A DNA stretch of 64,000 nt from Camelus dromedarius (taxonomy: Eukaryota). Positions 12,031-23,828 of this stretch are shown in pieces (positions within the stretch are counted from its first letter, which is position 1; the number at the start of each line of letters is the position of its first letter). The position numbers were made by a program, and so were the translations under genes. The stretch is taken from the NCBI RefSeq assembly GCF_036321535.1, contig NC_087437.1, positions 29,018,001 through 29,082,000 of the forward strand. Reading direction: 5' to 3'. A model generated the notes under the pieces. That model saw nothing but the letters and a program-made list of their open reading frames with translations. It ran no database searches and was not told the DNA's origin.

Positions 12031-13899
12031 GAGAATCTATTTCCCTCCAATAGACTGAAGAAAAAGTACAGCTAAAACAGCAACTCTTCACAGTGTAAAA
12101 GGGACAAGGTCTCGGCTGTCTGTCCAGTTTCTACTTTATTTATCTATTATCTGGGCAAAGATGCACAGATGTTTTTCATTATCACTTGGCACTTACAGTA
12201 AATTTTTTAGTCTTTTCAAATTGACTACAATTTTGTAAATCCCTTCCCTTCACAGTAAGTCATTTTTATTCCATTATCTTGTGCAACAGCAGTTATTTAT
12301 TTTGCCCTTTTCTTATTCTGATACATACACACTGCTCTGCTTCTTCAGTAACACTAGGGTCATTCTCTTCTCTTGAGAATTAGAGTTGCCGAACGTCATT
12401 CCTGGGTTCCCTGCTTAACATTCTGCCACAGCTTGCTGTCAAAGTGTATCCTGAAAAACTCCCCACTGCACTTCTGTCTTCCACCTACTTTGGAGTTTTC
12501 ACAACATTTATATCTCCTTTAAATGTTTATACCATGATAAAATCTAGGGAACTGAAATATGTGTGCTTGCTCTCATGAAAAAAACATTATCATTTCCCAA
12601 GCACTGTCTAGGGAAGGAGAAAAAAAAAAAAACTGGAAAGAAATTAATTTGGCTGTGAATCAAATCCCAGCTAAAGAATTATGAACTCCTTTTTTCTCCT
12701 CTCTATTCTGTACTAAAACTTGGGGAAACTCCTTTGTCCAAATAGTCAAGGAGTAAACTAACTGATGGTTTGTTGAAATTATTTTTGTGGGTATAATTCT
12801 GAGATATATGTGCGTTGATTTAAGTGTGTGAATGCATGTGTAAATATGTATTTACACACACACATACATACATAAATTCTTTCTTTTTGTCACCTCCACC
12901 CAGTGTCACAGCCACTCAGCCATAGTAACAGAGCTCTTCATGGGACCTAGATTTACAGAACTTGAATCAGAATCTTGGATCCATTTTCCCCACCGCTGAT
13001 TTTCTTTCCTAAAGATGTTGCCCTGAGCTAAGAGTTCGCCATTTTCTTCCTGTATGTGGACCACAGCTAAGGATGTTTTCCACAGACAAAATCTTCCTTG
13101 GACCCAGATGTTGCTCCTCCTGCTCCTTCTAAATTGCACAGCCTTGCCTACCTGACGTGGAGGTAGAGTTCCCATACGATTTATTATATTTTACAAACTC
13201 AGTGTGACCTACATTTTTGCTGCTTTTTATTTACTTATGTTATCCATGACATCTCCTGGAGACTGAGGAATTGGCTTGCACTCAGGTTGCAAACTTGTTC
13301 ATTTGGTTTCTCCATCTCTGTTTATTGGAGGAGGGATTAAGTGACAGGGAGGTGACTGCAATGCTCAGTTGAGACACACCCTTTAGACGGGGAGGTGTGA
13401 AGCTTTTCTACAGAAGAAATAATGGATTCCGTGACCTTACGTATTTTTCCCTAATCAGTTAGAGGGAGGAAATGCCCCTGACTACAAACTGGAAAACTTA
13501 GGATCAAACAATCAAGTGCCTGTTTTTATTCAGAGGCTTGTAGAAACTCCTAGTTGGAAGACACACAGTCACAGGTATCTGGTTATCCACCCCAGCTGTG
13601 CGACAGGATCCCTAGGGCGCCACAAATTCTTAGCTCCCCACCACATTACTGACTGGTCATTTCCAGAAGTGGGCCCGAGAATTGGTAATTCTCAGAGCAA
13701 TCTTTCATTTAACTGCAGCCAGTGTGACCCTAGTTCATGGACTGGCACTCAAGGCAGTTAAGTCCAGACTCTTGAATTACTACCCCTGGCAAGTTTGAAT
13801 CTTTGATTGGTTGTCCCTGTAAGGCTATGCTGGCTAAGCAGTCTTCCGGTGCACGGAGGAAGAATGAACAAATGTTCCGTGTCAAGCACTGTGTTAGGA

Positions 13900-14091
13900 A
13901 TGTTCATGATCATGGTCCCAGGAGCCAGACATCTTATTAACTGTGTGACCTTGGGCTAATGACTCAAATTATGGCTCAGTTTCCTTATCTGTAAAATGGG
14001 GATAATAGTAATAACCTCCTCCTAGTTCTGTTGTCAGGATTAAATAAGTGAATGCATGTAGAGTGTTTGGAATAGTGCCTGGCACTGAGTG
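13900..14091 (+). mobile_element. MIR SINE, 3' end interrupted by MER47
   Basis: 'ctgtgtgaccttgggctaatgact..ctcagtttccttatctgtaaaatggggataatagta..gtgcctggcac'. Confidence 0.85.
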
Positions 14092-14589
14092 CAGACAGTC
14101 TCTGACTTAACAGTGGTTCAGCTTACAGTTTTTCAACTTATATGGCGTGAAAGCAATATGCACTCAGTAGAAACTATACTTTGAATTTTTATCTTTTCTG
14201 AGGCTCAAGATAATTCAATAGATGGCCCTGTGATGCTGAGCAGTGGCCGTGAGCCACAGCTCCCAAGCAGCCACGTGACCATGAGGGTAATTAAATGATA
14301 CACTTACAATCATCTTGCACCCAGACAACCGTTCCATTTTTCACTTTCAGTACAGTATTCAATAAATTACTTGAGATATTCAATGCTTGATTATAAAATA
14401 GGCTTTGTGTTAGATGATTTTGCCCAACCGTGGGCTAAAGTAAGTGTTCTGAGAAAGTTTAAGGTAGGCTAGACTGAGCTATAATGTTCAATAGGTTAGA
14501 TGTATTAGATGCATTTTCAATTTAATGATATTTTCAACTTTTGATATGTTGCTTGGGTTGTAACCCCACTGTCAGTCAAGGAAAATCTG
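14092..14589 (-). mobile_element. MER47/Tigger5-type non-autonomous Tc1/mariner DNA transposon
   Basis: Termini 'cagacagtctctgactta' and 'cagtcaaggaaaatctg|ta'; internal 'ataaaataggctttgtgttagatgattttgcccaac..gtaagtgttctgag..tttaaggtaggctag' matches MER47. Confidence 0.85.
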
Positions 14590-14639
14590 TACATGCTCAA
14601 AAAATTATATTCTTCTTATGATTATGTTATTTATTACTC

Positions 14640-14805
14640 AGGAAAAAACAAGCTTGTGAAAGAGATATTATTATTCTAAATTAAGAAAAGAAAACTGAGA
14701 TTCATACAAATTAAATGTCATGTCCAGTTTAAACAGAGCTAGTAAATGTTAGAACTGAAATTCAAATCCAGACCGGAAGACTTTAAGCTCATACTCCTTA
14801 CACCT
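14640..14805 (-). mobile_element. MIR SINE fragment
   Basis: 'aagaaaactgaga..aaattaaatgtcatgtcc..agctagtaaatgttagaactgaaattcaaatccag'. Confidence 0.7.
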
Positions 14806-15129
14806 TAAGGAGTATGGATGGGCTTTCCAAGGATTTATTGATAATGCTATTTGATTGTAAACAATCAGCTGGAAATACTGTTGATAACATATTATCTTAT
14901 TTGAACAAGTTTTCCTTTGTTGAGTACCAAACCATGTAATGATAACTTGGACTTTAATAAAAGGGAAATGAGTTTGAACTAGAAAAAAACAACAACAACA
15001 ACACAGAAGCTACTGAACACCTCAACCAATGGCTGAAATGACTACTTTCAAAGGCAAGAATTTTTGTCATTGGATACTTCTGACAAATAATAATAACTGT
15101 GATGATGATTTATGAAGCAACTGTTGAAA

Positions 15130-15370
15130 GACCATTTGTTGAATCCTTACTAATGCCAGTTGCTACATGTAGCACTTTGAATACACTGTTGACTCATTTG
15201 ATCATTATAATAACCCTGCAAGTTAGTTGTTATTTTCCAAACTTACCAGAGAGGGAGATTGAGGCTCCTAGTGTTTAAATATGTTGCCAAGCTTATACAG
15301 TGAGTATGTGGTGGAACAGGTATTCGAACCCCTGACTTTCTGACTCCATCATTTGTGTACTTAACCACTT
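15130..15370 (-). mobile_element. MIR SINE
   Basis: 'catttgttgaatccttact..ctcatttgatcattataataaccctgc..gaggctc..ggtattcgaacccctgactttctgactcca..cttaaccac'. Confidence 0.8.
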
Positions 15371-16984
15371 TCTTGAACCTTTGTTCACTGCTTCTAGTTT
15401 TTCTTAAGATGCTAATGAATCGAACACTTAGTTCTCTAGGTCAAGTTAAGTTTTTGGTTATTTGGAAAAAGAAGTGAAGTCTTGTTATTTCCTAGATTAA
15501 ACATCAAAATTCCTTCAACAAATCCAGACGGTGGACATAAGCTCATTTTGAGGCCTTTCATCACCAAGGTCTGTCTTCTCTGAATATGCCATCGACATCT
15601 TGGTCACTCACACTGTGATGTACTGAACCACACCAGAGAGAGGAAGAGAGGAGAGGGGGAGGGGAAGGTTAAGGGGGAAGAGGGAGAGAGAGACCGAGCA
15701 GCAGGATGCTGACCATGACTTCTGCCTACAGGCAGTAAGTGCTTCTAAGCAGGTCCACAAAGATGATTCATTACCATCTTAGGGTTGTAGTCTGTTTTCT
15801 TTTTTAAAAGCTAACATTATAAAAGATGTTGTGTTTGAGGTTTTGTTTTTTAATTATTTCTACCTTTGTGGTCTAAAGGTAGCCTGGGGTAAACCAAAAA
15901 ATTAATATTTGAAATTTTTGTGCTAATTTCTTCACAGGCAATATTTTATTCAAACTTAGGTTTCTGAACTAACCAAACAAGTAATTTTTTAAAAGGGGAG
16001 AAAACATTTTTCCATCCAGATGGGGTGTTGTTAATCAAAGATTATTTTGGTATATTGGTAGTTATGTGACGTATCAGAAACCCGTTTTTATTCTTACCTG
16101 TACAGAAAAATGCCACAATATCCAGCTAACATGAGTCCTACCATCTGATTCGGCTTTACTAAGTTCCCTTTATTTCTTGAGGACAAATAAGTTTAATGTC
16201 CACATTTCATGACTTTTTTGTCTACAGGGTAAGTGGTTTCTGCCCAGATAATTTCCCTCAGCCATGTGAATTCTCTTAATTAAAGAAGTTTGTGTTTTAT
16301 ATTATGGAAAGAAAAATCTCTTTAATAGGCATCATAATGTAGTCTCCTTTTAAAAGTTTTAGCATCATTATTTTTAAGTTACATGGAATTGACTCAAGTT
16401 ATTTTAGAAACTGTCATGTTATTTATCATGAAGAAATACTTCATAGCTGAGAACAAGTAGAGTCATCTTTGGAAACTGGTGAGATGTTTAAAGGGAAAAA
16501 AAGGACACTGGTCTGGCCCTGGTGCCCTTTCAGATTCTTTCTTACGGTCCTGTTCCAAGATGATCAGAAGGGTTGGATGCAAGGAGGCAATTTGTCCTCG
16601 TTGCTTTTTCATGAGAATTTCCACTGATTAGTGAGAAAAATGTGTCCAGTATTATGAGCAGTGAAAAACAACATAGTTAATGGGACTATTGTTTAGTCTC
16701 TGTGCCTTATTTTGACCAGCTTCAAAATAGCACTATACAATAAACTCTTAAATTACTCATATAAAACCTCCATGGTTTCTAGAACATGCTTGGGAATTAA
16801 GGACTAGCAGCCCAGATTCTGGCATTGATCTTTCTCTTTCTTTGATAGTTAAATGTAAAGATTGTTTTAGATGTGTTTAAAAATTATTTTTGTAGTAGAA
16901 ACTCCAAGCACTTTGGTCATTTCTTTAACCTACCAGTGAACGTTTGAGTTACCACCTCACTGTCTATCTAGTCCTTCACATTCT

Positions 16985-18240
16985 AAACCTAGAAAAAAAG
17001 CATATGCAAAACATTCTCTAACATAAATCTTAGCAATGTTCTCCTAGGGCAGTCTACCCAGGCAATAGAAATAAAAGCAAACATAAACAAATGGGACCTA
17101 ATTAAACTTATAAACTTTTGCACAACAAAGGAAATTATAAACAAAAGACAACCTACAGAATGGGAGAAAATATTTGCAAATGATGGGACTGACAAGGACT
17201 TAATCTCCAGAATATACAGTTTATGCAACATAAAAACAAAAAAACAAACAACCCAATCCAAAAATGGCCAGAAGACCTAAACAAGCAATTCTCCAATGAA
17301 GATTTACAAATTGCCAATAGGTACATGAAAAAATGCTTAATATCGCTATTAACAGAGAAATGTAAATCAAAACTACAATGAGGTATCACCTCACACCAGT
17401 CAGAATGGCCATCATTCAAAAGTCTACAATTAATACTGGAGAAGATGTGGAGAAAAGGGAACCCCCCTACACTATTGGTGGGAATGTAGTTTGGTGCAGC
17501 CATTATGGAAAACGGTATGGAGAGTCCTTAAAAAACTAAAAAGATTTACCATATAAGCCAGCAATCCCACTCCTGGGCATATATCCAGAGAGAACTCTAA
17601 TTCAAAAAGATATATGCACCTCAGTGTTCATCAGCACTATATACAAGAACTATATACGTGGAAACCACCTAAATGTCCATCAACAGATGACTGGATAAAG
17701 AAAATGTGATATGTTTATACAATGGAATACTATTCATATTCATATTCATAATACATAAAAATAATAAAATAATGCCGTTTGCTGCAACATGGATGGACCT
17801 GGAGATTGTCATTCTAAGTGAAGTAAGCCAGAAAGAGAAAGAAAAATACCATGATACCACTTACCTGTGGAATCTAAAAAAAGAAAAGAAAAAGAAAAAA
17901 AAAAAAAAAAGAGACACAAATGAACTTATTCACAAAGCAGAAACAGACTCACAGTCATAGAAAACAAACTTATGGCTACCAGAGGGGGAAGGTGGGAAGG
18001 AGGTGGGAAGGGACAAATAGGGAGTTCAAAATTTGCAGATACTAATTACTGTATATAAAATAGATAAACAGTGTTTATACTGTATAGCACAGGGAACTAT
18101 ATTCAATATCTTATAGTAACCTGTAATGAAAAAGAATATGAAAATTATGTATGTATATGTATGACTTAAACATTATCCTGTACACCAGAAATTGACACAA
18201 CATGGTAAACTGACTATATGTCAATTAAAAAAACAAAAAA
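16985..18240 (+). mobile_element. 5'-truncated L1 (ORF2 3' part + 3'UTR)
   Basis: ORF2 words (aaatgggacctaattaaactt, KIMPFAATWMDLEIVILSEVSQKEK), full 3'UTR and A-tail. Probable degenerate TSD CTAGTCCTTCACATT (16968-16982) / CTGGTCCTTCAAATT (18242-18256). Confidence 0.93.
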
Positions 18241-19731
18241 CCTGGTCCTTCAAATTTTTCTTGCTAACAGTACCCAGATGTTCCTTTAGGGAATTTAGTC
18301 ACTTTCTAATTTGTACCTGTGACCATGCAGCACCAGGAATGGGCCAATTGATCAGCCTTTCTCAACACAGAACCATTAGTTCAGGGAAAAACATGTGACT
18401 AGATAAGCCAAGGAGAGAATGAATCCCAGACTTGTGTGGGAACCACAGTCGACTCCAAAGCCAAGAGGTGTGAGGTCCTGAGGAAGAGTCAGGAGCTTCT
18501 GGGACGTGCAGTGTGGCCTAAAGCCAAAGCGAACACTTCAGAAAACACAAGAGAGAAACCGAAACTGGGAAAACTGTGATATGTATTAAGTCTCTAGGCC
18601 AAGCTCTATTTCTACATCTACCTCCATTTCTCAGTTATGTGATCCAATCCATTTATTTTATTATTTTATTATTTATATTCCCTTGAATCAGATTTTTCCA
18701 TAGGTTGTAAATAAGTTTTCTGAACCTCACTTTTTTTTTTTAAATCAGTGAAGGGATGTGACACTTACCCATTTCGACAGGTGTTTGTGATGATTAAATC
18801 AGATGACAGCTGTGAAGTGTGTGCTATGTGCTGAGTATTCGGAACAATTTAACCCGGTTTCCTTTTCTTTTCCTCTCTCCTGACAGACTTCTGGGTACTG
18901 ATGAGTCAGACCCACGCTCCAGCGACCCAGGGCCTTTTTGAGAAGGGTGTGGTGTAGGACAAGGACTGAGGTTATTACCATGGCCACCATTTCCAACGGC
19001 TCTCCTTAGACCTGACCCTACTCATGTGCCTTTCCCAGGGAGCACTGGCAGTGAGCCAGGCTGATATATGTCTGGTGGAAGAAAACCACTGACAGCTCCT
19101 CAAGGTGAGTGGTAAAACAAGTGGCTAGACAAACTGGATTTTTCTAAGAAGCATATTGCAGAGGGGCAATATTTAAACACCAATGGATACTCTGTTTTCC
19201 TGGGATATCAACTTAATATTCAAAACAAACACATTTTTGAGTGCATGTATTTAAAGATGGCTCTTGTTTTTGATGAGAAAAAATTTTAGGGAGCCACAGA
19301 TTAAGACGATGCCCAGTCTAAACTATGTTAAACATTTCCCTTGAACTGTGAGGTCGTTTTTCATTCATTGTACGATTTTGGAACCGGAAGGGATGAGCTC
19401 GTTCCAATTCTTACTTGCTAGAGGAGAGAGGGAGGCCCAGGGTGGTGAGGTGAAGGCGGAGCCAGGGCTACTGACTCCCAGTTAGTGCTCTTTAAATAGA
19501 CCTGCTCCACCCCAGTCCCTGCTTAACAGACTCCATTTCACTTTCCCTTACAAACCAAGTGTCTTGCAGACACATAAACACCCGTCAAGTCTAACAAGCA
19601 TAGCCAGTTTTCCCAAAGGTGGCACAGTTGCCGTCTGTGACTCAGCATCGAGTCTCACGGACACACTTCCCTGCTGCTGCACATGGACCAAGGCAGCCAT
19701 GGAGCAGGGCACGTCCGATGTCTGGAACACG

Positions 19732-19963
19732 GTTGGTTTCGCAGCCTCAGCACCATTCCCATTTTGTCTAGATAATTCTTGCTTTTGCGGCTGAGGGTGA
19801 AGTGAGGGGAAGCAGGGTGCACTGGAGGATGTTTAGCAGCAGCCCTGGCATCTACCCACCACATGCCAATAGCACCCCTTCAGTTCCAACAACTAAAAAT
19901 GTCTCCAGGTACTGTCAGATGTCCTGGGGAGGGGGGTGCAAAGTCAACCCGCCGAGCGCCACT
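19732..19963 (-). mobile_element. MER20 (hAT-Charlie) DNA transposon
   Basis: 'ggatgtttagcagcagccctggcatctacccacc..gccaatagcacccc..acaactaaaaatgtctccag..tgtcctggggag..gcaaagtc..ccactg' is the reverse complement of MER20. Confidence 0.88.
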
Positions 19964-20251
19964 GTGCCAGAGAAGCGCCTTCTTGCCCTGGGGAGTCCTT
20001 ACACCGTTTCCTCACACGGTGCAATGCTCAGTGCAGGGCAGGGGAAGGCTGGATGTAAGATGTGGAGTGTGCTCGCGATTTGGAGTACCTCTTTTCAGGC
20101 AAATTAAAAAATTGTCAGGCTTCCACAGGACAGACTTTATTTCTTTACCTGATAGATATTCTAGGTCGTTGGCAAAAACCAAACCTAAAAGGGTCTGATA
20201 TCTTGTTACTATCGCAACAATAAGAAATTCTACATTAAATATGAAAAATTA

Positions 20252-20369
20252 GGGGGAGGGTAATAGCTCAGTGGTAGAGCATATGCTTAGCATGCACAAG
20301 GTCCTGGTTCAATCCCTAGCACCTCAACTAAAAACGAAAAAAAAATTTTTTTAAAAGAAAAAGAAAGAA
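20252..20369 (+). mobile_element. tRNA-Ala-derived SINE (camelid vic-1 type)
   Basis: GGGGAGGG-TAATAGCTCAGTGGTAGAGC (A box), CTTAGCATG anticodon-like loop, GGTTCAATCC (B box), A-rich tail. Confidence 0.88.
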
Positions 20370-21712
20370 ATGGGACGATAACTCCTATAATGCAACGGGC
20401 TGACAAGAGGGAGTCCATGAAAAATAAAGAGATTGGAAACTGCATACACCGTAGGTCCTGTTCAGATTCCTGGGCCTGTCTTTTTCTTGGATGTCCTTAC
20501 CGAAGGAGCACACTGTTTTTGCGCCTGAGAACCTCTGCCAAGTTCCCTGGTGCCGTGGGTGCAGAACTCGAAGGCAGAAGCCTAGGCTAAACAACAGAAG
20601 CGAAGAAGGATAACAATGAGATGTAGAAATACAGAGAAAAGAAATATGAGAGAAAGCAGGAGGAAAAAAAATAGAAATGAAAAGGGAGTAGGTATAAAGT
20701 AAAACTTGCCAAGGGATTCTAGCCCCAGTCCTAGACAAAACATTTTTTTTTAATTAGATTTTCTCAGCGTGGGTTATTTTTGTAGAACTAATGTAAAATA
20801 TTTCAGAAAGTCTTTCCTCAAAACAGCAATGTGTTGCCGTTGTTCAGAATCCTTAACTGTGTAAAATTTACATTATGAAGTCTGATAGAACAAGAAATAA
20901 TACTGAATACTGTATCAGCCCCACACAATCAGCCCTTCTGAATACCATCATGTTCCTGCTGCTATTCCGAGCTGTCCTTGGAGACAGCCGCAGCCCAGCA
21001 ATGTACAAAAGGTTTCCCCTCGGCCTTCATAATTGCCCGGGACAACACATTTTACATTTCATTTTTAATCATCTAAAGCTTTTCAGATACTCCAGAGTAC
21101 GCCTTCAATAGGACAATAAATGAGATCCAAGATTTCTAAGAGCCTTATGTTTCTTTCTTCTCATGGTTGATAACATGCTGTTTCTGCCTTGTACTGGGTA
21201 CCAGATGTGGAGCAGACAGCATAAGGAGAGGAAAATAAGAAGGCTATTCATGGGAGGGCCAGATTCATCTAAGAGTGAAAATAATTTCCCCAAACCAGGA
21301 AGCCTCTTCCTTATTAAAAAAAAAAACAAAACAAAAAAACCCCCATTCATTTCAAGTGCTGAGATCAGGCAGTTTAGAATGATTTTTTTTCACCTTGGCA
21401 CAAAAATCTTCAGTATAAACAGCACTATTAGAAGAGGATTGGATGGCAATTCTTGGAAAGGAGAGAAGGGAAGAATAGAGATATAGACAAAAAAATTTTT
21501 GTAAAACTCCCTTCCAAACTCAAAAGATTCTCCAGAATTATAAACCAGATTATGAATATGCTCCCACAATATAGAATTAATGATACTGTATTATTTTGAA
21601 AGAAAGCTCCTGGTTCTATTTTTCTGCATAAATAATAAAGACTTATAAAAAAATAAAAGCAAGGTGATGGAGACCAGAAGTAAATATTTTTGCTGCAAGT
21701 AAAAAAGTATCT

Positions 21713-21862
21713 CAGTGGTTCCCAAACCTGCCTGACAACTAACATCAGGTTGTTCCTCCCCTGCACGTCCTGATTCAGTAATTCTGGGGTGAGCTTTGGA
21801 ACTCTGTCCTTCTCACAATCTCCCTAGATTATTCTGATGCTTTGTCAGGCCTGGAAGTCATA
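21713..21862. mobile_element. MER5-family (hAT-Charlie) fragment
   Basis: 'cagtggttcccaaac..ctgattcagtaattctggggtgagc..ggaactctg..ctccctagattattctgatgc'. Confidence 0.75.
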
Positions 21863-21979
21863 GGAGAAATCAAGTTAAGGGGCAGTTTTTAAAATACCCA
21901 TATATTTTTTAATACTATCTTTAAAATGGCTCAGTTTCCAAATACGCCTCTAAATTTCATCCACTGCAAGGCCTTATGT

Positions 21980-22140
21980 GCTGTTGACCTTTGGGGGTCA
22001 TACAGTATTTTTGTCAAGGTGATGGAAAACTGTTGACCCTCACTCTGGAAAAATACACATGTCTAGACAGGTAAAAATTTTACACACAATTTCAGGATGT
22101 CTGTAGATTGCTGGAATCCATCTGAGGAGAAGAACCTCTG
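21980..22140. mobile_element. Non-autonomous hAT-Charlie element (subfamily uncertain)
   Basis: 'cctttgggggtca..gaccctc..gaaaaatacacatg..aaaatttacacacaatttcagg..aagaacctctg' has hAT-type termini and an internal pattern typical of short MER elements. Confidence 0.55.
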
Positions 22141-23691
22141 TTTGAATGTTTGTCCTTGTGATTTGTGAGAGTTAATACTTCAGTAACTCCCCCTCAAGTT
22201 TTAGCACTTAACGGATAGCCTGTGTGTTTTTTGTTTGTTTTTTTTTTAAAGAAAGTTGCTACACTTAAGAGACCACGTTTAAGAAACAACCAGGAAAGCC
22301 ACAGGCAGTAATGCAGCAGATACCACACGAGCCTCTTAGTGCTTCCTCTGCCTCCGGCCTTCTCCCCTCCAGCCCATTCTCCACAAGTCAGCCAGAGCAA
22401 TGGTTCCAAAGTGAGTTTCTGACTATACACACTGCCCCTGCACAAAGCACTTCAAGGTCATCCTTTTTCCTTCGGGGGGGTCTTCAAGTTACTTGCTGTG
22501 TAGTCAAAGGTTAGACTTCTGCCTGGTCCCACCTTCAACTGTTTCCATTGCCCTGCCCTCAGCATCACCTGATGCTTTTAAAAATACCAATGCAGGGGTA
22601 CCACCCCTCAGCCAGTTCCTTTAAAATGTCTGAGGGCAAAGAGGAGAGAATCAAAGGGTTGGGGGGGAGGTGGTTCTAGAAGTAAGAAAGAGAAGGGAAG
22701 GGAAGGGAAGGGGAGATTCAGCTGCACAATGAGAGTCAGGAGTCTCTGCTCCGTCAGGACCTAACCTCTTGCAGGTGCAGACCCCACCTTACTGCAGCTG
22801 TCCTCTAAGCTTTCCACGTGTTCTTCCTTCCACTCACAACAGTTTTCCCTTTCTGTTTCTTTACTAAGCTAACCCTCCCCTTCCTTATTTTTGAAATCAA
22901 AATTCCTGGAGCTGGATTTGTTTTCAGTTAGATGTGCCCGCGTCTCATCTCTGACTACACCCTAAGCAGTGGAAAAGTGGTAGAGAGGTTCGGTGTTAGG
23001 AGTTTGTCTTGTTTTCTTTCCAGTTCTAGAACCAGAGACTAGCACTAAACCTAACACGTTACGTAACCACTTTTAAGTATTTGATGAATAAGAAACAATT
23101 CAGGACCCACACGTTAGTATATTCAGATTACTCCAGAGTCTGGTGGTTCTTTACTTGGAAGGGCATGGGGTGCCTCAACACGGAAACCTGAACGTGTAGA
23201 TGAGCATTTTTCTGTTTGCTCGGATCTCTCTTAGAAGACACAGCCAGAAGGGAAGACTAAACAAATCTCTGTTTGGTGTTCAAGCTCTTCCCTTTTTATT
23301 ATCCTTCTAAGACTGTTTTGGAAGATGGTATTACTTCTTCCTGGCATCTACAGGAAGGTAGAAATACTGTAGTTTATCATCCAATAAACATTAGCTATTT
23401 GAGTGACTGAATGAGTGAACAGGTTTCAGTGTGTGAAAGTTGGGTCTATAGGCCTATATAGCTTATGAACCTGTGATGTGTGTTAAAAGCCTATCTCCCA
23501 ACTACATTTGGTCTGAAGTTCCTCCATGAAGACAACTTGATATTTATTAAGGTAAGTAACTTTGTACTAACAATATCACTTTGGACGTTTGTTTTCTTGG
23601 AATAGATAATAATAGAGAGCTTTTTTGGAGCATCCCCTATATGTCATATACTTTTCCATAGACTTGAGATGTATTAACTGATTAATTCTTT

Positions 23692-23828
23692 TTCTTTAAT
23701 TGAAATATAGTTGATTTACAATACTGTGTTAGTTTCAAGTGTGTATACCATAATGATTCTTTTCTTTTCAGATTATATTCCATTATAGGTTATTACAAGG
23801 TATTAGGTAAAATTTCCTGTGCTATATC
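23692..23828 (-). mobile_element. Short L1 3' tip inserted into a MIR
   Basis: 'ttgaaatatagttgatttacaatactgtgttagtttcaagtgt..gttattacaag..cctgtgctata'. TSD ACT(G/C)ATTAATTCTTT at 23677-23691 and 23829-23843. The MIR continues on the right ('cccattttacagataaggaaact'). Confidence 0.85.

Noticed and set aside
1331..18398. ORFs with recognisable protein-like text (1331-1558, 2349-2534, 17706-17960 and their antisense ORFs)
   Set aside because: All are decayed L1 ORF2 C-terminal fragments or their reverse frames, not host genes.
20252..20330. tRNA-Ala gene (also the copies at 31106 and 49534)
   Set aside because: A/B boxes are present, but the copies are diverged from each other, carry A-rich tails and TSDs, and have a damaged cloverleaf; they are SINEs.
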